A stretch of DNA of 64,000 bases from Podarcis gaigeae. Its lineage: Eukaryota. Below, one piece after another: positions 12,001 to 21,975 of this stretch (positions are counted from its first letter, which is position 1; every line of letters starts with the position of its first letter). The position numbers and the translations under genes are program-made. The notes under the pieces are model-generated. The model saw nothing but the letters and a program-made list of their open reading frames with translations. It was not told the origin of the DNA and searched no databases. The stretch lies in the NCBI GenBank assembly GCA_964106915.2, contig OZ066923.1. One strand, 5' to 3'.

Positions 12001-15000
12001 TTAAAAAGGAAGATACCTAGGATTTTTAAAACCCTAGATTTAAGGCCAAAGAGAAGAATCATTGCTCTTAAAGATGAACCCATGCTAATAGAAGCGCAAA
12101 AATTATAAGTTTAAGGCTCCTGCCTCAACTCACACATTATCTCACCAATAAAGACATTGTACATATTTCACTGGAGCTGACTGTGGCTAGGATCATCAGC
12201 TTCTTATAGCAAAATTCAAGCTTAAACTGAAGAAAGTAGGAAAAACCACTGGGCCGGTAAGATACAATCTAAATCAAATCCCTTATGAATACACAGTGGA
12301 AGTGAGGAACAGGTTTAAGGATTTAGATTTGCTGGACAGAGTGCCTGAAGAACTATGGATGGAGGCTTGCAACATTATACAGAAGGCAGCAACGAAAACC
12401 ATCCCAATGAAAAGGAAATGCAAGAAAGCAAAGTGGCTGTCCAATGAGGCCTTACAAATAGCGGGGGAGAGAAGGCAAGCAAAATGTGAGGGAGATAGAG
12501 AAAGATACAGGAAATTGAATGCAGATTTCCAAAAAATAGCAAGGAGAGATAAGAAGGCCTTCTTAAACGAGCAATGCAAAGAAATAGAGGAAAACAACAG
12601 AATGGGAAGAACCAGAGATCTGTTCAAGAAAATTGGAGATATGAAAGGAACATTTCGTTCAAAGATTACCATAATAAAGGACAAAAGTGGTAAGGACCTA
12701 ACAGAAGCAGAAGACATCAAGAAGAGGTGGCAAGAATACACAGAGGAATTATACCAGAAAGATATGGGTGTCTCGCAAACCCCAGGTAGTGGGGTTGCTG
12801 ACCTTGAGCCAGACATCCTGGAGAGTGAAGTCAAATGGGCCTTAGAAAGCACTGCAAATAACAAGGCCAGCGGAAGTGATGGTATTCCAGCTGAACTATT
12901 AAAAATTTTAAAAGATGATGCTGTTAAGGTGCTACACTCAATATGCCAGCAAGTTTGGAAAACTCAGCAGTGGCCAGAGGATTGGAGAAGATCAGTCTAC
13001 ATCCCAATCCCAAAGAAGGGCAGTGCCAAAGAATGCTCCAACTATCGCACAATTTCACTCATTTCACACGCTAGCAAGGTTATGCTTAAAATTCTACAAG
13101 GAAGGCTCAAGCAGTATGTGGACCGAGAACTCCCAGAAGTGCAAGCTGGATTTAGAAGAGGCAGAGGAACCAGAGACCAAATTGCAAACATGCGCTGGAT
13201 TATGGAGAAAGCTAGAGAGTTCCAGAAAGACATCTACTTCTGCTTCATTGACTATGCAAAAGCCTTTGACTGTGTCGACCACAGCAAACTATGGCAAGTT
13301 CTTAAAGAAATGGGAGTGCCTGATCACCTCATCTGTCTCCTGAGAAATCTCTATGTGGGACAAGAAGCCACAGTTATGCTTAAACTGGATATGGAACAAC
13401 TGATTGGTTCAAAATTGGGAAAGGAGTACGACAAGGCTGTATATTGTCTCCCTGCTTATTTAACTTATATGCAGAACTCATCATGCGAAAGGCTGGGCTG
13501 GATGAATCGCAAGCCGGAATTAAGATCGCCGGAAGAAATATCAACAACCTCAGATATGCAGATGACACAACCTTGATGGCAGAAAGTGAGGAGGAATTAA
13601 AGAACCTTTTATTGAGGGTGAAAGAGGAGAGCGCAAAATATGGTCTGAAGCTCAATATCAAAAAAACGAAGAACATGGCCACTGGTCCCATCACCTCCTG
13701 ACAAATAGAAGGGGAAGAAATGGAGGCAGTGAGAGATTTTACTTTCTTGGGCTCCATGATCACTGCAGATGGTGACAGCAGCCACGAAATTAAGAGACGC
13801 CTGCTTCTTGGGAGGAAAGCAATGACAAACCTAGACAGCATCTTAAAAAGTAGAGACATCACCTTGCCAACAAAGGTCCGTATAGTAAAAGCTATGGTTT
13901 TTCCAGTAGTGATGTATGGAAGTGAGAGCTGGACCATAAAGAAGGCAGATCGCCGAAGAATTGATGCTTTTGAATTATGGTGCTGGAGGAGACTCTTGAG
14001 AGTCCCATGGCCTGCAAGAAGAACAAACCGATCCATTCTTAAGGAAATCAGCCCTGAGTGCTCACTGGAAGGACAGATCATGAAGCTGAGGCTCCAATAC
14101 TTTGGCCACCTCATGAGAAGAGAAGACTCCCTGGAAAAGACCCTGATGTTGGGAAAGATGGAGGGCACAAGGAGAAGGGGACGACAGAGGACGAGATGGT
14201 TGGATAGTGTCTTCGAAGCTACAAACATGAGTCTGACCAAACTGCGGGAGGCAGTGGAAGACAGAAGTTCCTGGCGTGCTCTGGTCCATGGGGTCACGAA
14301 GAGTCGGACATGACTAAACGACTAAACAACAACAACAACATATTTCACACATTGTTCTCACTTATAAGGCTGGTTCCATCTGCTTCCCTCTGAGTTACAA
14401 ACTCAACAAACACAACAAAAAGAGTGACATCCAATTCACAGTAAATGTCTCAGTTACCATAACAATATACAGTTTTTCCGCTTAACTGCACCCTTTGGCA
14501 CGTGCCTTTCTGCTTCATCACATTCTGTTTTGCTTTTGCTCTGCCTCTTGTGTAACATAGGATACTGTAGCCTTGTATAAGGGCTTCTAATACAAAAGTC
14601 CTTCAGGAGATCCAGCTTCCTTATAGTGGGGTCTGGGAAGCTTATGGATAATTTAATGTAGCCAGTATTTTAATTTTGCAGGAAATGGTAAAAGGTCCTA
14701 TCTATCTATGTCAGGAAAGCCTGTATTATTGGGGGCGGGGGGGTTTGCAGCCATGGGCTTGTCTTAGAAATCTATTTTGTACAATTTTGAGGCTGTTTAT
14801 GTTTGCAAACTCCCACAGTACAGCCCTGTAGAGAACTTAATAACCAAAGCTCCACAAGGCTAAAGAAATCAGATGACTTCTCTCTGTGCTGATAAAAGCA
14901 CTACAATGCTTGTATGGAGATAAATATTTTAGATTTCAGGCACACCAAAATATTTACTCTAACTGTTACGCTTATTTGAGAAAAAAATTAAGTTAAATAC

Positions 15001-18000
15001 TTAGAAACATTTCAGTTCTATGGCCTGTAATATCCACTTTGAGCATCCTTGCTCCCTTGCTTCTCTTCTTCTGTCTCATAAAACAATGAAAATAATTTTT
15101 TTCAGCTAGCATTGGACTCTGAAGAAGCTGGTTCTGTGTTATATTTATGATTCTTGCATGTTTTATTTTAAGGTTGCTGTTCTCAAACCAATCTGTAACC
15201 TTTTAAACTGGGGGGTTACTGCTTTTTTGTTTGTTATTTTTTGTTTGCGTATTTTTGTGTTTTTATATTGTAAACCACCCTCTGATTCTCGGATGAAGGG
15301 CAATATAGAATTTTAATGAATACATAAATAAAACTGTAAATCACCTGAGACTGGGAGTCAGATGGGGAGTGTCATACAATTGAGCAAAAATCAGTTTACA
15401 AATGGAACTCTAAAAACCAACTCAAACAAGGCCCTCAAAACAATGACAATACTGGCAGCGAGAGCAACCAGTTAATAAAAATGCCACCCAAGTTCCCTAA
15501 CTACCTCTAAATGCCGTGTTGATTAATATCTTTATTGTCCTTCTAAAAATGAAAAAAGTGTCAGACTCCCTTGGGAGGCAATTCCACAGAATGTCTGCTG
15601 CAACAGAACCCCTATTACTCTCCACAGTCGCCACTGCAGGAGGACTCCAGCTAGAGAGGTCAGGAAGAGGATAAGCAGGTCCATGTGGAACGGATGCTCT
15701 CCAGATTATTTGGACTATGACTCCCATCAACCCATGCTGGCAGGGGCAGATGGAAGTTGCAGCCCAACAAGGTCAAGATGGGGAAGGCTGCTTTTAGCAT
15801 CAGGAAGAAGTCGGCAGGTACAAGCTTATCCCATTTCTGACATACGCCATGCCACCATCCCCTCCGAAGCATCTTAGTGCCATGCAGGTATTAAAGACCC
15901 AGGAGCCAGCAAGCCTACACAGATCAGAAGGTCAGAGATGGGGAATGGAAAGGAGCTCTTTGTGGAGGCATGACCAGGAAAGCAAGACTCTTTAAAGCAA
16001 AGATGTCTGGCCAGCTAGCAGACTACCCGCTTACATCAGCATTTCTGGCCCAGTGGAGCGGCGTTGCTCCATAGCGTGGGTCTAGCAGCTGAATCTGGCT
16101 GATCTCCTTATCAAGAAGGGCCTGAGCACATCTGGAAGAGAAGAACAAGAAGGAAAAGAATGAAGGGATACGACAAACACCTGCCCACTAACTGCATGGA
16201 TCCCTGAATATTCAGTAGGTAGGGGACACTTCCAAGGCTCCATTAACCAGCCTGCAGGTGTGCACATGCAAAACAAGAGGGAAGCATTGTGCCTTGGGCC
16301 TTGGAAGTGGCAGGTGTGCCAGCAATGGCTCCAAGGAAAACCGGTCCAGGTTTAAGCCCACTCCATGACTCAATCAGGGGACGCGGGTGGCGCTGTGGGT
16401 TAAACTACAGAGCCCAGGACTTGGCGATCAGAAGGTCAGCGGTTCAAATCCCCACGACATGGTGAGCTCCCGTTGCTCTGTCCCAGCTCCTGCCAACCTA
16501 GCAGTTTGAAAGCACACCAGTGCAAATAGATAAATAGGTACCGCGCCGGCGGGAAGGTAAACAACATTTCCGTGCACTGCTCTGGTTTGCCAGAAGCAGC
16601 TTAGTCATGCTGGCCACATGACCCGGAAGCTGTACGCCAGCTCCCTCGGCCAATAAAGCGAGATGAGCGCTGCAACCCCAGAGTCGGTCAAGACTGGACC
16701 TAATGGTCAGGGGTCCCTTTACCTTTACGGTTCAATCATGTATCCTTTTAATATTGTACTGTTAAATCAGGGGTGGGCAGCTGTCTTCTAACAACTCCCA
16801 GCACCCTTCACAAACTACAGCTCCCATAATTCTTTGGGGGAAGCCGTGACTGTTTAAAGTGGCCCTACAGTGCTTTAAATGTGTGGCGTGAACATTGCCA
16901 TTTCTTCAGGCAACTCCAAAACATATTCGTTGTGAGAAAAGGTGGTTTATGTTTAAATCTGTTTCAGATTTTGGCCTTGTTTCCTTACTCGCCACCTTGG
17001 GCTCTTTTGGGAGGAAGTGGGTGGAGGGGAATAAAAATATAGTTATTAGCCAAAAAAAAATTCTAGCGCTCTTATCCAAATGAAAAAAAGCAAACATACC
17101 TTTTTTGGGAGTGTTTCATGGCAATGTGGATGGGGTAGCCGAGTGCTCCCATGTTGCTGCACTTAGCATTGACCTTCAAAAGAGCATGAACAGCATCTTC
17201 TTTCCCCAGTTGGCAGGCCAGGTGCAAAGGGCTCTTTCCTTCGTCATTCACATGGTCCAAAGCGGCAGTTGACCTCTTGCCCATGAGCTGTAACAATTGA
17301 ACAATATCACTCAAGTCTGGAGACTCTGAAGGATGGGTAAGATGACTCAGCAGGAATACCAGACCAGAAATTGTGTAGAGAAGAAAACTGGTGAATGGGC
17401 AAGGGCCACTGTCTAACCCTTCCTTCAAGTGCATCTACACACAAACACAGACACCAGAACAATGGGACAAGCAAGGGATTGGGAATCTCATGTGTGCCTC
17501 ATAATGCATAGTTTTGCCCTTAGCCATGGAAGCAACATTCTTTTCATTTCATTTATTTAACACAGTAGTTCCCTATTAGCTAAGTACTACGGACCCCACT
17601 TTTCTACAGCCAAGCCATGGACCCCCTACTTGGAAAAAGTTGATATCTCACCAGTATTTTTTTTTGTTATGGGAATGGTGTCGCCATACCCTCCAGAGCA
17701 AAAGCAGGCCAGACGTCTTCCGGGCCTCGCTCCTGCACAAGTCACGTGACCCACAAGAAAGCACAGCACCCAAAAGTGTGTGCTTTGGGGTGCCATGCTC
17801 TCACATGATTTTGGACGCAGTGCTCTCCCATGAGAGCACAGCCCCCCAAAACAGGAAGTTCCAGACAGTTGATGGATATGGACCCCCAGGTGGCTTACAT
17901 GGACCCTCTGGGTCCACAGACCACCGGTTAGGAACCACTTACCTACTGCATTTATATCCCACCTTTTTCACCTAAGGAGCTCAAGGTGACATATATGGCT

Positions 18001-21000
18001 CTACCCTTTCTCCTTTAATCCTCCCCACAACCCTGTGAGGTAGGTTAGGCTGAGAGGGAGTGACTGGTCCAAGGTCACACAGTGAGCTTCATGGCCAAGT
18101 GGGGATTCAAACCCCAGTCTCTCAGGTCCTAGTCTAACACTCTAAACACTGCACAACACTGGCTCTGCAAGAACAGTCCCATAAACTCATAGGGAACAGT
18201 CTCTCTCCAGCTTCTCCAGACATGGAAAATTCCTGTTTCCTCTGCTTCTGCACCTTTCCCTTCATTTTCTACTTTCTACCAGGAAACCTACCTTTCTCTG
18301 TTAACATCCTCACCTCTATGATCTCAGGGTTGTTCCCTCGGACAGAGTAGTGGAAGACGGTATCTCCATTTTTGTCCGTGACATCGAGACGGGCATGGCA
18401 CTGCTCCACCAGCTCCCGCAGGCACTCCATGTCTCCCTTTTGGCAGGCCAAGTGCACCGGAGTGCATTCATTATCACCGCTGTTGCTGTTTATGCAGCTG
18501 CAATGCAAGATGGAGGCATTCTGGGCGCACCGCCAGGACCAAGCGCGAAACCAGCCAGAATCGCATACACCCACCCAAAACGGTTTGCTTCGAAAAGCTC
18601 ATTAACGTTACTTTGTGGAACAGCAAACCAAATTCTACCGCTGCTGCGCTTCCAATATAGCAGGTATTCAGTGCTCTAGGAAAGATTACCATCTAGGATA
18701 TAGGGTAAGATCAGTGACTGGAAGAACTGCCACCCCTGCCCTGTTCAATTCCAATAGGACAAGCCAGAGCCACTGAAATCAATCATTAGAGCAGGGACTT
18801 TTCGGGATCCACAGGCGTGATCCTTACCAGGTTCTGTCTCAAGGGCCAAGTTTAACAAATGGGCAGGGACACCCACCTGTCCACTTTGCAAGTCTATCCC
18901 GGCTCCCCTTTTAAGTACTCAATCTCAGAAAGTTAAAAGAGGAGCAGGAGAAGAGCTACAGAGCTTGTTGTTGTTGTTGTTTAAATTGGTATACCGCCCT
19001 ATATCCATAGGTCTCAGGGCGGTTGACAACACAAAGGTACCATATATGAAGAATAAAATATACAATAAGTTTAATCTAAACACAAAGCACGTAATAAAAT
19101 AAACAATTAACAATACTAATGTATACACAGTAATAAACAGTACACTCCCCAACAAAAGCCCCTAAACCAGTGGTTCCCAACCTTTTTTTGGCCATGCCCC
19201 ACCTAAGCATCTCTAAAATCCTGATGCCCTTTCACCCTGCAACATATAATTCTTATTTATTCACGTGGAGGAAGACTAAAAGGCCATTAACTGTTAATAA
19301 CTCATTCTCAAATTGCCACTCTTAAAAATAAAATTGCCCCCCTGTGGGGTGTGCACCCCACGTTGGGAAACAATACTCCGGCCAAAAAATACAAAAATAC
19401 AAATTGATGTTTAAAAGCAATTTAAAACAAACCCACCCTCCAAACAAAACAGGACCCAACCAAGTTAAAACCCCATCCCGGTTAGAACAATAGTCAGTTT
19501 TCCAGGTTTCCCCGTGGTTCCCTTTTAAGCCTCTGAGTTTGGGGGCTTAAAAGGAGAGGAGGGGAGATTTGCAAAAGGCTTTAAGATGGCCCCCAGACTC
19601 CCATTTGAAATGCCCTAAACTAAGTTTGCAATATAAGTCATTCCCCATTAGAAGGAGCCCAAGCTCTCATACCTCAGGATGTGATTGTGACGGAAGCTCT
19701 CCAGGAGCCCAACCTCTACCGCTACATGAGCCAGCGACCAGCTAGGGTGGCTGCGAAAACAGTCTGTCAGTTGCTGCAAAACCTCCAGCTGCAAAGGATT
19801 GTGGGAACTCTCATAGAAGGGGCGCAACTTCTTTGCATACAGCTCGTAGTGCTCAAGGGCAAATCCTTCGTGGTCTACCTGGAAGAGCCTACAAAAGGAA
19901 TTTACTTAGAAAGATTAGAGCCTGCTTCTCCGGCTTGCGGTGGGGCTCGCAACAAAGATTAAAACAATTAAGAATATGCAAGACCATAAACACCCACAAC
20001 CCCAGTCAATCAGCAAGAACTATTAATGTTTTGCTGCTGCTGCAAAATATTTGACTTCACTCAAACTTAGCAGTCAAAAGTCCTAATGGAACAGGACAAT
20101 TTTATACCCTCTCCAGAAGGTTTAAAGAGAAGAACCAAAACACACCTGAGGGATAGTTCAGTCGGTAGAGAAGAAGCCTGTTAATCTCATGGTTGTGGGT
20201 TCAAGCCTCGTGGTCCCTTCCAATTCAGCCAGCCTGCTTGCCTTCCTACTTACAACAACTCCAGGGGGTGGGTCTCTCTGCCAGCTTTCTCCTCCCTAGT
20301 CTTAGTGTTGCCCTTGCAGAACTCAGCAGGAAGGATGATGGCGACCAAACTGAAATTACTTGCCTCTGCCTGTCATTGGCTCTGGTCTCCCTGCCTTCCA
20401 CCCTACCAGACCCAATAGTCACCAGCCATCACTGTCCTCCACCCCACCTGCCTAACCTATAACCCTTCAAGAAGAAGAAGAAGAAGAAGAAGAAGAAGAA
20501 GAAAAGTTTGGATTTGATATCCCGCTTTATCACTACCCGAAGGAGTCTCAAAGCGGCTAACAATCTCCTTTCCCTTCCTCCCCCACAACAAACACTCTGT
20601 GAGCTGAGTGAGGCTGAGAGACTTCAAGAAGTATGACTAGCCCAAGGTCACCCAGCAGCTGCATGTGGAGGAGCGGAGACGCAAACCCGGTTCACCAGAT
20701 TATGAGTCTACTACTCTTAACCACTACTCCACACTGGCTCTCTCAAGTGCCTGGTGGACAGTAACCATGAAAACCTATGCTATTATACCAATGTTCCCTC
20801 ATTCCTGCATAGTCCCCTTGATCCCCTTTCTTCCCAATCCACCCTCAATTTCACCCTTCCTACTAGGAAGAGATTTTGTATCAGAGTTTCTTAAGGTCTA
20901 AGGAACAGACTGAAGCTAAAATTAAACAAGGTCTCCCTGCCACTCACCGGAAAGCAACTTTTTCATTATTGGGGTTAAGAAGAAGGCACTCCCAAGAGTG

Positions 21001-21156
21001 AGATGAACTTTTTTCATACAGCACTATCCTATCTTCAGACTTCACACGTTTCAGAGATGAATAGTCCGCCAGAGATACCTCCTTGATCCGGAAAGGGTTT
21101 GAAAACAAGCCGGTGACATTGTTTAAAGTGTTCATAAGCCGACCAAAGAACTGCAT
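413..21156 (-). CDS. PLA2G6: Calcium-independent phospholipase A2 beta (group VIA iPLA2), 16 coding exons, 802 aa
   Basis: Exons: 21156-20948, 19888-19673, 18497-18314, 17287-17100, 16131-16035, 11785-11603, 10845-10737, 10261-10124, 8851-8761, 7998-7835, 6744-6594, 5301-5165, 3947-3793, 3452-3285, 2539-2466, 557-413. All have AG/GT boundaries and consistent phases; the total is 2409 nt. The protein starts MQFFGRL and has ankyrin repeats plus the DGGGVRG, GTSTG and FLDGG patatin motifs. Exon sizes mostly match my recollection of human PLA2G6. Confidence 0.97.
701..942 (+). mobile_element. Tc1/mariner (pogo-like) MITE, family A
   Basis: TIR CAGTGGTACCTC(A/G)GGTTA; TA target duplication. Confidence 0.85.
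1883..1930. repeat. (TTGC)n microsatellite
   Basis: Read directly. Confidence 0.95.
2466..2539 (-). CDS. PLA2G6: PLA2G6 coding exon 15
   Basis: [25 protein letters not shown]; 74 nt; tctctttgcag acceptor; GTATAG donor. Confidence 0.92.
3285..3452 (-). CDS. PLA2G6: PLA2G6 coding exon 14
   Basis: [56 protein letters not shown]; 168 nt. Confidence 0.95.
3793..3947 (-). CDS. PLA2G6: PLA2G6 coding exon 13 (catalytic Asp, DGG motif)
   Basis: [44 protein letters not shown]; 155 nt. Confidence 0.95.
5165..5301 (-). CDS. PLA2G6: PLA2G6 coding exon 12
   Basis: [25 protein letters not shown]...; 137 nt; AG/GT. Confidence 0.93.
5694..5919 (+). mobile_element. Tc1/mariner MITE, family A
   Basis: Same TIRs and interior; TA flanks. 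Confidence 0.85.
6594..6744 (-). CDS. PLA2G6: PLA2G6 coding exon 11
   Basis: [49 protein letters not shown]; 151 nt. Confidence 0.95.
6782..6865. repeat. Inverted (GT)n/(AC)n compound microsatellite
   Basis: Read directly. Confidence 0.95.
6875..7169. mobile_element. hAT-type non-autonomous element with GC-rich interior
   Basis: Imperfect TIRs CAGGGCTGTCTTA / TAAGATGGCCCTG; perfect 8-bp TSD GTGCTGTT at 6867-6874 and 7170-7177. Confidence 0.8.
7835..7998 (-). CDS. PLA2G6: PLA2G6 coding exon 10 (patatin Gly-rich loop and catalytic Ser)
   Basis: [19 protein letters not shown]...[21 protein letters not shown]; 164 nt. Confidence 0.95.
8761..8851 (-). CDS. PLA2G6: PLA2G6 coding exon 9
   Basis: [30 protein letters not shown]; 91 nt; cctccctag acceptor; GTAAGT donor. 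Confidence 0.88.
8965..9460 (-). mobile_element. L2-clade LINE 3' fragment with (TTA)n tail
   Basis: [15 protein letters not shown]...LTFKAL...[15 protein letters not shown], typical of the L2 ORF2 C-terminus. Confidence 0.8.
10124..10261 (-). CDS. PLA2G6: PLA2G6 coding exon 8 (Pro-rich linker; equivalent of the mammalian long-isoform cassette exon)
   Basis: [46 protein letters not shown]; 138 nt; phase 1-1 (symmetrical); weak AAG acceptor; GTAAC donor. Confidence 0.82.
10737..10845 (-). CDS. PLA2G6: PLA2G6 coding exon 7
   Basis: [36 protein letters not shown]; 109 nt; AG/GTGAG. Confidence 0.93.
11603..11785 (-). CDS. PLA2G6: PLA2G6 coding exon 6
   Basis: [34 protein letters not shown]...[10 protein letters not shown]; 183 nt. 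Confidence 0.94.
12172..14340 (+). mobile_element. RTE-BovB LINE, 5'-truncated and inactivated
   Basis: RT ORF pieces ([34 protein letters not shown]); frameshift at about 13376; TGA at 13699; (CAA)n tail; 11-bp TSD ACATATTTCAC at 12161-12171 and 14338-14348. Confidence 0.95.
16035..16131 (-). CDS. PLA2G6: PLA2G6 coding exon 5
   Basis: [32 protein letters not shown]; 97 nt; AG/GTAAG. Confidence 0.92.
16377..16728 (+). mobile_element. Sauria SINE, near full length
   Basis: gggacgcgggtggcgctgtgg tRNA-like head; BovB-like 3' segment (gagtcggtcaagact); (ACCTTT)n tail; TCAATCA flanking repeat. Confidence 0.85.
17100..17287 (-). CDS. PLA2G6: PLA2G6 coding exon 4 (ankyrin repeats)
   Basis: [30 protein letters not shown]...[13 protein letters not shown]; 188 nt; AG/GT. 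Confidence 0.93.
17563..17939. mobile_element. hAT (Charlie-like) non-autonomous element
   Basis: cagtagttccc...ggaaccact termini; repeated ggacccc subterminal motifs. Confidence 0.55.
18314..18497 (-). CDS. PLA2G6: PLA2G6 coding exon 3 (ankyrin repeats)
   Basis: [22 protein letters not shown]...[25 protein letters not shown]; 184 nt; AG/GT; retains the DVTD caspase site. Confidence 0.93.
19673..19888 (-). CDS. PLA2G6: PLA2G6 coding exon 2
   Basis: ttccttttgtag acceptor, [14 protein letters not shown]..., GTATG donor, 216 nt. Confidence 0.92.
20469..20742 (-). mobile_element. MIR/Ther1-related squamate SINE with (TTC)n tail
   Basis: agccagtgtggagtagtggttaagag tRNA-like head on the minus strand; similar copies at about 17945-18165 and 47420-47550. 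Confidence 0.65.
20948..21156 (-). CDS. PLA2G6: PLA2G6 first coding exon (exon begins at 21193 including 5' UTR)
   Basis: [27 protein letters not shown]...KVAFR; acceptor tttccacag; donor GTGAG at 20947; 209 coding nt. Confidence 0.95.
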
Positions 21157-21529
21157 GTCTTTAAAAAGTAGTGCAAGCTATCTTCGTTCAAGGCTGTGGA
21201 AAGATCAAAGTTCAAATTCAGATAATGCCATCATCATCCACTGAATGAATCTTCTCCTCAGCATAATCATTTTCCTGGTTTTTAAAAAACGTTTTTAATA
21301 TTGAGTAGACTTCTACGCTACCTTTTAAAATAAAGATATCTACAGATCTATAGATAGCCAAGTATGATAAAATGTTTTTATTCTTAAAAAAACAGCAAAA
21401 ATATGTGATTAAAATAATAAATTTGAAAGAGCTGCAAATCTATTCCATTGCCTGATAACATTCCCATCCCTAAATTCAAAAATGTAACTCATCCCATTAA
21501 ATTAGATTAGGAGCACCTCTGTCAGAAGA

Positions 21530-21975
21530 GAGACAGGAAAAATGTTTCTTTGTTATGTCTCCTTAATCTCTCAGTGGCTTCTGATACCATTGACCAGCTA
21601 TCTGAGTTAGGGGTGAGTGGACCTGCTTTGTGGTGGTTCTGGTCCTACTTGGATAGTCGTTTGGGGAGTGCTCTTCAGCACTGTGGAGCCTTCAATATGG
21701 GGTTCCTCAGGGTTCGATTTTATCCCCCATGCTGTTTAACATCTACGTGAAACCGCTGAGTGGGGGTCATCCAGAGCTTTCGATTACACTGTCAGCAATA
21801 TGTTGATGACACTGCCGTGTGGCAGTGAATGTGTTGGACCACTGTCTTGCCTCGGTAATAAACTGGATGAGAGCCAAAAAACTGAAGCTCCATCCATATA
21901 AGTCTGAGGCACTGTTAGTGGGTGGTTCCCTAGACTGGATAGATAGGAGGCTGCTCACTCTTGATGGGGTTACTC
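21530..21975 (+). mobile_element. Degenerate L2-clade RT fragment
   Basis: LLNLSVASDTID (cf. LLDLSAAFDTID), GVPQGS-like and QYVDDT remnants; a related smaller piece lies at about 10575-10690. Confidence 0.65.

Noticed and set aside
13380-14297. 305-aa antisense ORF (and the 193-aa ORF at 12283-12864)
   Set aside because: Shadow frames of the BovB reverse transcriptase ORF.
11880-14410. Older LTR disrupted by the BovB insertion
   Set aside because: AATAAA and a CA end are suggestive, but I could not define a 5' boundary or TSD.
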